A stretch of 64,000 bases of DNA from an uncultured Alphaproteobacteria bacterium (GCA_902577425.1 CACGZD010000001.1:510414-574413), one strand, 5' to 3'. Shown: positions 21,596 to 31,436, numbered from the stretch's first letter. The notes: generated by a model from the sequence alone, not told the origin. A program made the numbers and translations.

Positions 21596-22220
21596 GTTTT
21601 AATAAAGATATATCATTATTTTCATCTTTGAGACTTCTTGAGACATCTAATCCATTTGGTGAAGCTACCTTTACAATATTTCTAGCATTATTATTATTAA
21701 TACCACCACCAATAAATACTGGAATATTGAATGTCTTTAAAAATTGAATGTGATCTAAACAATCATTTAGAGGATAGGTAATTATTTTACTATCTGTATA
21801 AACATTTAAATCATAATAATAAATATCAGTTAATGAGTGAATATCGCTAAGATAGGTTTTATCAAATTTTTTTGGATTAATAGCAATACCTATTTTTAAT
21901 TTTTTAAAAATAGATTTAAGTGATAGCAAATCCTCTTTAGGAAAAAAATATGAACACGAAATAGTTTTAGGCTTAGTAAAATCTATTTGAGCAATTAACT
22001 CTTTAAGTGTTTGATGACGCGTTAATAGAACTGACTCAATTTTATAATAGTCGCATTCTTGAATTAAATTTTTAATTTCCTCATCATTACATGTATTTGG
22101 ACCAGGAAGGTTATTACTGGCGAAACCCAATAATTTAACATTATTTTCTGCAGCAATTTTTATTGATGAGACAGAAGTAATGCCACATATCTTTAAGTTT
22201 ATTTTAAAGTTTTTGTTCAT
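21561..22220 (-). CDS. Divergent TrpF (phosphoribosylanthranilate isomerase)-like TIM barrel
   Basis: KICGIT catalytic Cys, YYYD acid, IGGGIN, GLDVS; GGTG loop absent; no trp genes nearby. Confidence 0.75.
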   Translation of the reverse strand: MNKNFKINLKICGITSVSSIKIAAENNVKLLGFASNNLPGPNTCNDEEIKNLIQECDYYKIESVLLTRHQTLKELIAQIDFTKPKTISCSYFFPKEDLLSLKSIFKKLKIGIAINPKKFDKTYLSDIHSLTDIYYYDLNVYTDSKIITYPLNDCLDHIQFLKTFNIPVFIGGGINNNNARNIVKVASPNGLDVSRSLKDENNDISLLKLNELQTSLSAA

Positions 22221-22252
22221 AATATGTAATTAATAAATTATATTTAATCTTT

Positions 22253-23692
22253 ATGTATAATTCTTTCTATAGAAAAGTTGGTTTTGGTATTGGTATTAAT
22301 GACAAAATACCAGCTGACCCCCTTAAATGGGCAACTGACCAGCTTGATGAAATTCCCGAACTTTTGTGGACTGGATGGATACCGTCTGAGAAAGAAATGA
22401 GAATTAAATATGGAGAATGGATATATGGAGATCGTAAAGTATTAAGAAAGAAATATAAAAATGATAAAAATGCTTACAGAAAAGCAAAAGATAAATTGAG
22501 TATTCAAACGGGAGAAAGATTTTTTGAATTAAATGAGCATGCTATACGCCACTATCAAACAAAATATAGTAATCAACCTGTATTTGAGCGCTTCTGGTTA
22601 TTTTGGGGAAATCATTTTGCAATTAGTGAAAAAGACTCTTTAGCTGACTTTAGCACAGGTCCATATCAACGCGAAATTATTAGACCAAATATGATTAAAA
22701 CATTTGAAGATATGGTTCAAGAAGTAACAAGATCCTGGTGCATGATCCATCATCTTGATAATTCTGAATCGGTAGGGCCTAACTCTAAAAGAGGAATTGA
22801 ATCTAGGGATACAATTAATGAAAACCATGCAAGAGAATTATTGGAATTACACACTGTATCACCTGAAGCTGGTTATACACAAGATGATGTTATTAATCTT
22901 GCTTACATAATGACTGGTTGGGGTCACAAATGGAATAATAAAGTTTTAGAAACCGGAGATGTGTGGTTTGATCAAGATAAACATCAAAAAGGAGAGAAAA
23001 TAGTTTTAGGTAAAAAATATAAAAATGAAGGCAAACGTGAATTAAGCAAAGTGATTCACGACTTATCAAATCATCCGCAATGTATTAAATTTGTTTCTAC
23101 AAAGTTGTGTAGGCATTTTATTACTGACAATCCAACAAAAGATATGGTTGATCCTGTGATTAAGGCATGGACTAATTCAAATGGTAATTTAATTAAAATA
23201 CATAAAGCTGTAATACAACAAGCTTATAAGAATAATAATTTTACTTATAAGTTTCAGTTACCAGAGGTTTGGATAATGCAATTATCTAGAATTTTTGATT
23301 TAAATTTACCTATTTCATCAAAAAAAATGAACTATGAATTTAAGTTTGAGCCTTCTAATAGACAAGAACAATTGACTTGGTATCTTAATGAAGTCGGTCA
23401 TTCGCCTTATAGACCAAAACAACCTAATGGATGGAGTGATTATGAAGTTGATTGGATATCTCCTGAATTATTACTTCGTCGTTTATGGTTTGCTTCTAAT
23501 GAAATTCCTAACCATGTTAAAATAGAAAACTATAGTCATGGTTTTATGTCTCTATGCCTTGAAAGAAATTTTGATAATCATGAAAGAATGACTTCAATGA
23601 TAGAAGATTTAAAAATAAATAAAATAACTAAAAATGATTTAGAAAAAATATATGGAATAATTTGTAATTTACCATGGATATTAAAAGCATGA
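22253..23692 (+). CDS. DUF1800 family protein
   Basis: LFWGNHFAIS, HHLDN, INENHARELLELHTV, YTQDDV, PNGW. Confidence 0.9.
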   Translation: MYNSFYRKVGFGIGINDKIPADPLKWATDQLDEIPELLWTGWIPSEKEMRIKYGEWIYGDRKVLRKKYKNDKNAYRKAKDKLSIQTGERFFELNEHAIRHYQTKYSNQPVFERFWLFWGNHFAISEKDSLADFSTGPYQREIIRPNMIKTFEDMVQEVTRSWCMIHHLDNSESVGPNSKRGIESRDTINENHARELLELHTVSPEAGYTQDDVINLAYIMTGWGHKWNNKVLETGDVWFDQDKHQKGEKIVLGKKYKNEGKRELSKVIHDLSNHPQCIKFVSTKLCRHFITDNPTKDMVDPVIKAWTNSNGNLIKIHKAVIQQAYKNNNFTYKFQLPEVWIMQLSRIFDLNLPISSKKMNYEFKFEPSNRQEQLTWYLNEVGHSPYRPKQPNGWSDYEVDWISPELLLRRLWFASNEIPNHVKIENYSHGFMSLCLERNFDNHERMTSMIEDLKINKITKNDLEKIYGIICNLPWILKA

Positions 23693-24840
23693 ATTGTACT
23701 AGGAGGAATTTTTTAATAGGAGGATCAACAACACTATTTCTTACAGGGTTTTTATCTAAACAAAGCTTTGGCAATATAAAAAAAAATAACCTTGTTATTA
23801 TTTCATTGCGCGGAGGTATGGATGGTTTAACCGCTGTTCCTGTATTAGGTGATAAACGATTAAAAAAATTAAGAAGAGAATTAATATTAGAGCAAACACT
23901 AAAATTAAATAGTGATTTTGCTCTACACCCAAAGTTAGAAATTTTTCATCAGTTATGGAAAGAGAATAAAGCTGCTTTCGTGCATGCTACAAATATTCCT
24001 TATACTGGAAGATCACATTTTGATGGACAAAATCTAATGGAAACCGGAGGTCATGTTCCTTATAAAGAAAAAACAGGTTGGCTTGGTAGAGGATTGTTGT
24101 CCTCTAATATAATTGGCGAAGGTCTTGCTATTTCTTTACCTATGCCATTACTTTTGAGAGGTGTACCTCAGAATAATAATTTTTTTCCTTCACCGGATTA
24201 CGTTAAAACAAAATTAATTGATTATATTTATGATGAATTTAGAGAAGATCATAATGAATTAATTAGATCCACTTTTGATACAATAAAAAAAAGACCAATT
24301 TCAATGCAAATTGCAACTGATTCAAATGATAGAAATAAATTGGCAAAAGAAGCTGCTAAACAATTAAAAGATTCCAGCGGACCAAGAGTAGCTGTTTTTG
24401 AATTAGATGGTTTTGATACTCATGCTGCTCAAGGTGGGGTTGATGGAGCTCACGCTGATGAACTTGAAGAAGTTAATAATATTGTAGAAATTCTTCATAG
24501 AAATCTTGGAGAAGTTTTTAATGATACATTAATTGTGACACTAACAGAATTTGGAAGAACTATTAAACAAAATGGCGGTTATGGTACAGAGCATGGATAT
24601 GGAAGCGCTATTTTAATGGCTGGAGGGTTATTAAAAAAAGCACAAGTATATACAGATTGGCCAGGATTAAAGAAAAGAGAATTGTTTGAAGGCAGAGATT
24701 TAAATTCAACAATTGATGCAAGAGCAGTTTATAATTCTGCGATGGCTGTGTGTTTTAATAAAGATCCAGAGTTTCTAAAACGTGAGGTATTCTGGGGCGA
24801 TAATCTTCCCGATCTAACCAGCGAATTATTTAAAGTTTAA
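23674..24840 (+). CDS. DUF1501 family protein with Tat signal
   Basis: TRRNFL, LRGGMDGL, RSHFDGQ, GFDTH, TEFGRT, TEHG. Confidence 0.9.
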   Translation: MDIKSMNCTRRNFLIGGSTTLFLTGFLSKQSFGNIKKNNLVIISLRGGMDGLTAVPVLGDKRLKKLRRELILEQTLKLNSDFALHPKLEIFHQLWKENKAAFVHATNIPYTGRSHFDGQNLMETGGHVPYKEKTGWLGRGLLSSNIIGEGLAISLPMPLLLRGVPQNNNFFPSPDYVKTKLIDYIYDEFREDHNELIRSTFDTIKKRPISMQIATDSNDRNKLAKEAAKQLKDSSGPRVAVFELDGFDTHAAQGGVDGAHADELEEVNNIVEILHRNLGEVFNDTLIVTLTEFGRTIKQNGGYGTEHGYGSAILMAGGLLKKAQVYTDWPGLKKRELFEGRDLNSTIDARAVYNSAMAVCFNKDPEFLKREVFWGDNLPDLTSELFKV

Positions 24841-24912
24841 TCTTAGCTAATCTATTAATTGAGCATTTATTGTTATACTTAATAATTTTGTTTGTTATGA
24901 TTTGTCAATTTC

Positions 24913-25329
24913 ATGTTAAAAACAGATATGATTTCAGAGAACTTTGAAAAATTATTTAATGCAGCAAAAATGGTTAGAGACAATGCACATGTTCCTTACT
25001 CTAATTTTAAAGTGGGAGCAGCTTTTTTGACTGATGATAACTCTATCGTTTCTGGCTGTAATGTAGAAAATGCTGCTTATCCTCAATCTCAGTGCGCTGA
25101 AGCTAGCGCTATTGGAAATTTAGTTAGTCAGGGATTTTCTAAAATTAAAGAAGTAGTTGTCATAGGATCAGGATCTTTGTTATGTTCACCTTGTGGTGGC
25201 TGTCGACAACGTTTAAGAGAATTTGCTTCTTTAGAGACACCAATTCATATGTGTAATAGTGACGGTCATTTAAAAACTTCTACACTTAAAGAATTATTGC
25301 CAGACTCTTTTGGTCCAGAAAATTTATAA
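24913..25329 (+). CDS. cdd: Cytidine deaminase
   Basis: PYSNFKVGAA, GCNVENAAY, CAE, SPCGGCRQ. Confidence 0.95.
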   Translation: MLKTDMISENFEKLFNAAKMVRDNAHVPYSNFKVGAAFLTDDNSIVSGCNVENAAYPQSQCAEASAIGNLVSQGFSKIKEVVVIGSGSLLCSPCGGCRQRLREFASLETPIHMCNSDGHLKTSTLKELLPDSFGPENL

Positions 25330-26159
25330 TGCATAACTCTGCTAAATTGTTTTTAGAAAAAACAAATAATATTAATCCAGACATTGCTGTTATTTTAGGA
25401 AGCGGTCTAACTAATTTTTTTGAAGATAAAAATATTATCAGCTCAATTTCTTATGAAGATCTTCCAGATTTTCCACAACCAACTGTTAAAGGTCACGCTG
25501 GTAAACTCGTTCTAGGAAAAATTAGTGAAATGAATATTGTTTGTATGTATGGACGTTCTCATATCTACGAAGGTCACGAGCCACAAAGTTTAGCAAAACC
25601 TATTAGGGTATTAAAAGATATTGGATGTAAGTTGTTAATTGTTACAAACGCTGCAGGAAGCCTTGATCAAAATATGCCCGCTGGAAGTTTAATGGCTATT
25701 ACTGATCATATTAATTGGAGTGGATTTAATCCTTTAATTGGTATTAATGCTGATGCTTACGGGCCACGCTTTAATGATATGAGTGATGGCTATCATAAAA
25801 AGTATAGAGACCAATTAATTAAAACAGCCAATAAAATAAATCAAAAGGTATATGAAGGAATTTACTGCATGTATTCTGGACCAAATTTTGAAACACCTGC
25901 TGAAATCAATGCTCTTAAAGTTATTGGAGGAAATGCAGTAGGAATGTCAACTATTCCAGAAGTGTTAGTGGCTAATCATTGTGGTCTTCCAGTTATTGCG
26001 ATTAGTGTAATTACAAATTTAGCAGCAGGAATGAATAAAACCAAACTAAGTCACCAAGAAACATTAGAAAATGCTGCACTAGCAGAAAACAATATAACAA
26101 ATCTTATTAAAAACTATATTCACGATGTAAAATTAGATGATTCCTCAGGAAATAATTAG
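25329..26159 (+). CDS. punA: Purine nucleoside phosphorylase (trimeric PunA/XapA type)
   Basis: ILGSGL, GHAG, GRSHIYEG, TNAAG, GPNFETPAE, GMST. Confidence 0.92.
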   Translation: MHNSAKLFLEKTNNINPDIAVILGSGLTNFFEDKNIISSISYEDLPDFPQPTVKGHAGKLVLGKISEMNIVCMYGRSHIYEGHEPQSLAKPIRVLKDIGCKLLIVTNAAGSLDQNMPAGSLMAITDHINWSGFNPLIGINADAYGPRFNDMSDGYHKKYRDQLIKTANKINQKVYEGIYCMYSGPNFETPAEINALKVIGGNAVGMSTIPEVLVANHCGLPVIAISVITNLAAGMNKTKLSHQETLENAALAENNITNLIKNYIHDVKLDDSSGNN

Positions 26160-27450
26160 AAAAAAAAGAGAAGGCCATTCTTTAACAGAAGAAGAAATAA
26201 AATTTTTTGTTAATGGTCTAACGGACAAATCATTTTCCGATATCCAGATTGCAGCTATGAGCATGGCAATCTTTTTGAATGATATGTCATCTGAAGAAAC
26301 AGTATGGATGACTCATGCTATGAAAAATTCAGGTGATACTTTAGAGTGGAAAAAAATAGTAGATAGTGATTTGGTTTGTGATAAACATTCCACAGGCGGT
26401 GTTGGAGATAAAACAAGTCTTTTGTTAGCACCAATTTTAGCTGCTTGTGATTTATTTGTTCCTATGATTTCTGGAAGAGGGCTTGGACATACCGGAGGGA
26501 CACTTGATAAGTTTGATGCAATACCCGGATATAATACTCAGCCAGATATTGAAACTTTTAAAAAAGTTGTCAAAGAAGTTGGGTGTGCAATTATTGGACA
26601 AACTTCCAATTTAGCTCCTGCTGATAAAAAACTATATTCCATAAGGGATGTCGTTGGAACGGTGGAGTCACTTCCACTTATCACCTCATCTATTTTGTCA
26701 AAAAAAATTGCTTCCGGAATTACATCTCTAGTGTTGGATGTAAAAGTAGGCAACGGATCTTTTAATTCTACAATACAAATTGCAGAAAAGTTGGCAAAAT
26801 CCTTAGTGAATGTTGCCAAAGGCGCTGATCTAAAGTGTGAAGCCCTTATTACTGATATGAATCAAGTTTTAGGAAAAAGTGCCGGTCACTCCTTAGAGGT
26901 TATTGAATGTATTGAATATTTAACAACAACAAAAAGAGACAAGAGACTAGAAATTATTACTAATGATTTAGCATCTTCCCTTTTAATGATGATAAACAAT
27001 ATTTCAAAAGAAGAAGCTTTAAATAAAATAAATTCAGTTTTAGATAATGGACTAGCTGCAGAAAAATTTGAAAAAATGGTTCATGCATTAGGAGGTAGTA
27101 ATTCTTTTTTAAGCTCATATGAAAAACAATTAGCCGGCAATTCTTATTCTGAAGAAATTTTTTTGAATGAAAGTGGCTGGATTAAAGAAATAGATACACG
27201 AAAGCTTGGCTTAACTCTTATTCAGCTTGGGGGAGGAAGAAAAAAAGTAGATGATAAAATAAATTATCAAGTAGGCTATAATAATATTTTAGGAATAGGT
27301 GAGTATGTTGAAGAAAAAAAACCTGTATTAAAAGTTTTTGCTGATACTGAGGATTCTTTTAAGCAAATTAAAGATCAAATTATCAACTCTTTTGTTTTAA
27401 CAGATCAAGAAGTAAAAAAACCTAAAAATATATATCAAGTGATAAATTAA
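26137..27450 (+). CDS. deoA: Thymidine/pyrimidine-nucleoside phosphorylase
   Basis: DKHSTGGVGDK, ISGRGLGHTGGTLDK, SILSKK, DVKVGNG. Confidence 0.95.
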   Translation: MIPQEIIRKKREGHSLTEEEIKFFVNGLTDKSFSDIQIAAMSMAIFLNDMSSEETVWMTHAMKNSGDTLEWKKIVDSDLVCDKHSTGGVGDKTSLLLAPILAACDLFVPMISGRGLGHTGGTLDKFDAIPGYNTQPDIETFKKVVKEVGCAIIGQTSNLAPADKKLYSIRDVVGTVESLPLITSSILSKKIASGITSLVLDVKVGNGSFNSTIQIAEKLAKSLVNVAKGADLKCEALITDMNQVLGKSAGHSLEVIECIEYLTTTKRDKRLEIITNDLASSLLMMINNISKEEALNKINSVLDNGLAAEKFEKMVHALGGSNSFLSSYEKQLAGNSYSEEIFLNESGWIKEIDTRKLGLTLIQLGGGRKKVDDKINYQVGYNNILGIGEYVEEKKPVLKVFADTEDSFKQIKDQIINSFVLTDQEVKKPKNIYQVIN

Positions 27451-28107
27451 ATGAGTACACAAATAGAAATAGATAAAAAGCTTACAAAATATTTACAAGA
27501 GATAGGATATAGATCTGATAAGATAATTGATGAATTAGTTGCTGAAACACTTGCATTAGGAAATGTTGCACGTATGCAAATTGCTCCGGAGCAAGGTCAA
27601 TTTCTTGAAATCATTGTCAAAATTTCTCAAGCTAAAAATTGTTTAGAAATAGGAAGATTTACCGGGTTAAGTTCTTTATGCATTGCAAAAGGCCTTCCTG
27701 AAAATGGGAAGTTGGTTGCCATAGATAATTCAGATGAATTTCTTTTAATGGCTGAGAAGTATTGGAAAATGGCAGAGGTAGATTCCAAAATAGAATCTAT
27801 TATTGCTGATGGGGTAGAGGCAATGCAAAGTATGATTGACCGCAAGCATTTTTTTGATTTTATATTTATTGATGCTGATAAGAATAACTATCCTCACTAC
27901 TATGAACTATCATTACAACTACTTACTCCAAATGGAATTATCATTATAGATAACATGTTATGGCATGGTGATGTAGCCGATGATAAAAAACAAGATACGC
28001 AAACCAATACAATTAGAGAACTTAATTTAAAAATACAAAAAGATGACAGAATAAATTACTCACTTTTACCTTTATCTGATGGTCTGTCTTTTATTCAAAA
28101 AAAATAG
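27451..28107 (+). CDS. Class I O-methyltransferase (CCoAOMT/TrmR-like)
   Basis: MQIAPEQG, LEIGRFTGLS, FIDADK, DNMLWHG. Confidence 0.88.
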   Translation: MSTQIEIDKKLTKYLQEIGYRSDKIIDELVAETLALGNVARMQIAPEQGQFLEIIVKISQAKNCLEIGRFTGLSSLCIAKGLPENGKLVAIDNSDEFLLMAEKYWKMAEVDSKIESIIADGVEAMQSMIDRKHFFDFIFIDADKNNYPHYYELSLQLLTPNGIIIIDNMLWHGDVADDKKQDTQTNTIRELNLKIQKDDRINYSLLPLSDGLSFIQKK

Positions 28108-28115
28108 TTCATCAT

Positions 28116-28144
28116 CTTGAAAATTATATAAAAACTCCCACATT
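28116..28144 (+). promoter_or_regulatory. Sigma32 promoter of ibpA
   Basis: CTTGAA-N15-CCCACATT matches the RpoH consensus, 60 nt upstream of an Hsp20 gene. Confidence 0.75.
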
Positions 28145-28148
28145 AGTA

Positions 28149-28207
28149 ATGTTGGTATGCCATTATGGGTGCTAACAAATTAACTTGCTTATAAAGGAGT
28201 TTTTATG
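28149..28207 (+). ncRNA. ROSE-type RNA thermometer in the ibpA 5' UTR
   Basis: 3' hairpin AACUU-G(bulge)-CU / AG-GAGUU sequesters the SD via the UUGCU motif; an upstream hairpin TGTTGGTA..TGCTAACA. Confidence 0.72.
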
Positions 28208-28642
28208 ACTAGAAACCTATCCGTATGGAATTCGCTAAGACCATTTTCAGTAGGATTTGACTCTATTTTTGAAGAGTTTGATCGTATGTTAGAATCTACT
28301 GAGCGATATAATTCTAACTACCCACCTTATAACATTCGTAAAATAAATGAGAATGATTATAAAATTGAAGTTGCCCTTGCTGGTTATAGCAAAGACGACA
28401 TAGAGTTAGAATTAAAAGACAGCACATTGACTGTTCGCAATAAACAAAAAGAAAAAGTTGTTAATGATGATTCTAATGGAGTAATCCATAAAGGAATTTC
28501 CACAAGACAATTTGAGCGAGCATTTACAATATCTGAAGATATTAAAGTAAAAAATGCTGAACTACAAAATGGTCTCTTAAATATTGATTTAGAGCGTATT
28601 ATTCCAGAAGAAAAAAAAGCACGATTAATTAACATTAGTTAA
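28205..28642 (+). CDS. ibpA: Small heat shock protein
   Basis: NYPPYNI, VALAG, IHKGISTRQFERAF, NGLLNIDL. Confidence 0.93.
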   Translation: MTRNLSVWNSLRPFSVGFDSIFEEFDRMLESTERYNSNYPPYNIRKINENDYKIEVALAGYSKDDIELELKDSTLTVRNKQKEKVVNDDSNGVIHKGISTRQFERAFTISEDIKVKNAELQNGLLNIDLERIIPEEKKARLINIS

Positions 28643-28653
28643 TTACATGGATA

Positions 28654-28678
28654 GGGGCCTTGAAGGCCCCTTTTTTTT
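28654..28678 (+). terminator. Intrinsic terminator after ibpA
   Basis: GGGGCCT-TGA-AGGCCCC followed by T8. Confidence 0.9.
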
Positions 28679-28694
28679 ATTTATATAAAGCTAA

Positions 28695-29759
28695 ATGTTT
28701 TTTCGATTAATCATTATCATTTTTTTTTATTCAAGCTCTCTTTATTCATTAACTTTAGAAAAATTTAATGTTGATCTAAGTTATCCTTGGGGAATGACGT
28801 GGGTGGATTCAACCAAGCTTTTGATTACACAAAAAAAATCTGCAGAAATAGTTTTAATTGACCTTACAAAAAACACCTCAACAATTATTGATCATCAAAT
28901 TCCTGTAGCAGCCTTTGGACAAGGTGGATTGCTTGATATTATAAGTGAAGGTAATGATATTTGGATTTCCTGCTCAATTTTAAAAGAACGCCATCTGACA
29001 ACAGCTATATTTAAATCTAGATTAGAAAATAATACTTTAGTTGACTCAAAATTAATTTTTGAAGCCGAACCATATTTTATGAATGCTAAACATTTTGGAT
29101 CAAGATTAGTTCTCAAAGATGATTATCTATTTGCTAGTATTGGGGAGAGAGGTGAAGGGATGATCGCGCAAGATCCAAGCAATGCTATAGGAAGTATTAT
29201 TCGTATTCACAAAGATGGAAATCCTCCAAGTGATAATCCCTACGTTGAAAATGCCAATTGGTTACCAGAAGTGTTTCAACTAGGAGTGCGAAATCCGCAA
29301 GGAATGAGCTTAGACCCTTTAACTAACACAGTGTATATTTCTAATCACGGTCCAAAGGGGGGAGATTTTATAGGTCCTGTTTTAAAAGGTACAAATTATG
29401 GATGGAAACGAGTTGCTTGGGGTGGAACTAATTATTCAGGAACCAAAGTTGGAGATGGTAATGCATGGGAACCGGGGTTACTTAAACCAGATTATATCTG
29501 GGTTCCTTCTATTGGTGTAGGAGGTATAAAATTTTATAAAGGTGATTTATTTCCTGAATGGCAAAACTCCTTATTAGTGGGTTCTTTAAAATTTAAATAT
29601 TTATCTATTTTACACAGATCAGAAGATGGCTTTACAGAGGAAGAAATTATTTTTAAAAATAAAATTGGCCGAATAAGAGATATTGAAATTAATCAAAAAG
29701 GAGAAATATTTTTATTAGCTGACGAACCTAAAACTAGTTTATATAAACTTACTCCTTAA
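28695..29759 (+). CDS. PQQ-dependent aldose sugar dehydrogenase (GSDH/YliI family)
   Basis: Signal peptide, GQGGLLDI, HFGSRL, GVRNPQG, HGPKGGD, NYGW, GRIRDI. Confidence 0.88.
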   Translation: MFFRLIIIIFFYSSSLYSLTLEKFNVDLSYPWGMTWVDSTKLLITQKKSAEIVLIDLTKNTSTIIDHQIPVAAFGQGGLLDIISEGNDIWISCSILKERHLTTAIFKSRLENNTLVDSKLIFEAEPYFMNAKHFGSRLVLKDDYLFASIGERGEGMIAQDPSNAIGSIIRIHKDGNPPSDNPYVENANWLPEVFQLGVRNPQGMSLDPLTNTVYISNHGPKGGDFIGPVLKGTNYGWKRVAWGGTNYSGTKVGDGNAWEPGLLKPDYIWVPSIGVGGIKFYKGDLFPEWQNSLLVGSLKFKYLSILHRSEDGFTEEEIIFKNKIGRIRDIEINQKGEIFLLADEPKTSLYKLTP

Positions 29760-29764
29760 ATAAA

Positions 29765-30118
29765 ATGTGGTATTTATTAATTAAAACAATACTTACAGCA
29801 GTTGTTGTAGTTCTAGTTGCTGAAATAGCTAAAAGGTCATCGCTTCTGGCAGGATTACTTGTTTCTATTCCTCTTACATCTTTCTTAGCTTTAATGTGGT
29901 TGTACTTTGATACAAAGGATAATCAAAAAATAATTGATCTATCTAACGCAACATTTCTAATGATTATTCCTTCTTTGGCTTTTTTTATTTTTCTACCTAT
30001 TTTAATAAAGCTTAATCTACCTTTTTTTCTATCTATGGCAGCCGCAGTTTTATTAACAGCTGGGTGTTATTGGCTTTATGTAACGATTTTAAGCAAATTG
30101 GGATATGCTGGATTTTAG
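29765..30118 (+). CDS. DUF3147-like small membrane protein
   Basis: Four hydrophobic helices; EIAKRS..AGLLVSIPLTS pattern. Confidence 0.7.
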   Translation: MWYLLIKTILTAVVVVLVAEIAKRSSLLAGLLVSIPLTSFLALMWLYFDTKDNQKIIDLSNATFLMIIPSLAFFIFLPILIKLNLPFFLSMAAAVLLTAGCYWLYVTILSKLGYAGF

Positions 30119-30166
30119 TATTGTTATCTATAAAAATTACTGTTAATTTTCTTCTTTAAAAGTAAC

Positions 30167-30853
30167 ATGAAACTGCTGCTATTTATTTTATTTTTATTCT
30201 GTATGCCTTTGCATGCTCATCAACCTAAGTTAATTAATTATTCACCTACAATAGATAATCCTCATGTTGTTATTTTTCCTGAAATATCAAAAGCTTATTA
30301 CAGCAAACTAACTGGTCAGCCACATTATTATGTCATTAATAGCAAAGATGATTTTTTATTTTATACAAGTATCTTAAGTCCAAAAATTAATGAAGAGCCC
30401 TCGAGGTTTTCTCTAGAGGTTTCAGATGGAAATCAGAATATTGTTTATAAAGTTGATGGATCAAATTTTGAATGGACAGCTTGGTACGAACCTTATGCCC
30501 GTGATTGGTATTGGAAGGGACCCGAGATTGGCGTTGAAAGTGGAAAAGAATTTCAAACAAGTTTTACTATAGATGCTGGCACCTATTACATAAAAGTTTT
30601 TAATGAAAGTAATACAGGACATTATTCACTTGCTGTTGGTGAAGCAGAATTTTTTGGATCAAATTTATGGGAACAAATATTAACATGGACCCCTATTATT
30701 TTATATATCGGTCCTTATATGGATATAGTTCATTGGCAAAAATTTGATATTAGAGCATTTATTCCACATATTGCATTATTGGTTTTAATTTTTATAATTT
30801 ATTTTTTAATAAAAAGAATATTTTTTAGAAAAAGAAGATACTTTGCCAAATAA
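30167..30853 (+). CDS. Hypothetical exported protein with C-terminal membrane anchor
   Basis: Signal peptide ending LHA-HQP, C-terminal TM with basic tail; overlaps next gene. Confidence 0.65.
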   Translation: MKLLLFILFLFCMPLHAHQPKLINYSPTIDNPHVVIFPEISKAYYSKLTGQPHYYVINSKDDFLFYTSILSPKINEEPSRFSLEVSDGNQNIVYKVDGSNFEWTAWYEPYARDWYWKGPEIGVESGKEFQTSFTIDAGTYYIKVFNESNTGHYSLAVGEAEFFGSNLWEQILTWTPIILYIGPYMDIVHWQKFDIRAFIPHIALLVLIFIIYFLIKRIFFRKRRYFAK

Positions 30854-31436
30854 AATTTTTTTATTTTTAATCTTATTATCGTTTCCAGTAAACGCTCATA
30901 CTTTCACTGGGATGATTGGTTTTTATGATGGGCTCTCCCATCCTGTATTAGGCATTGATCATTTTTTAGCTATGGTAAGTGTTGGTATTGTTAGTGCGCA
31001 AATAGGAGGAAGAGCTATTTGGACCGTTCCTAGTACTTTTGTTGTCATGATGATTATTGGTGGAATATTAGGGATGGTTGCAGAAATATTTTTATTAAAT
31101 ATTACTGAATTGTTTATTGTAATAGTTGAGATTGGAATTGTCTTATCAGTTATTCTACTTGGATTAGCAATCGCTATTGGAAGAAAATTATCGTTAATTA
31201 TAATGATGTTTTTTGTCAGCATATTTGGATTATGTCATGGGGCAGCACACGGGATGGAAATGCCATGGGCAGCTAACCCAATACTTTTTGCACTTGGTTT
31301 TTCTTCAGGTACCGCAACTCTTCATTTATTTGGTGTCATTATAGGTAGTCTTTTAATTAAAAATCATTACTCATTATTCCTATTGCGCTTTATTGGTATT
31401 GCTTCTGCTTGTTATGGAGCTTATCTTTTTATTTAG
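30843..31436 (+). CDS. HupE/UreJ family Ni/Co transporter
   Basis: Signal peptide then AH, GLSHPVLGIDHFLAMVSVG, FGLCHGAAHG, LHLFG. Confidence 0.88.
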   Translation: MPNKIFLFLILLSFPVNAHTFTGMIGFYDGLSHPVLGIDHFLAMVSVGIVSAQIGGRAIWTVPSTFVVMMIIGGILGMVAEIFLLNITELFIVIVEIGIVLSVILLGLAIAIGRKLSLIIMMFFVSIFGLCHGAAHGMEMPWAANPILFALGFSSGTATLHLFGVIIGSLLIKNHYSLFLLRFIGIASACYGAYLFI

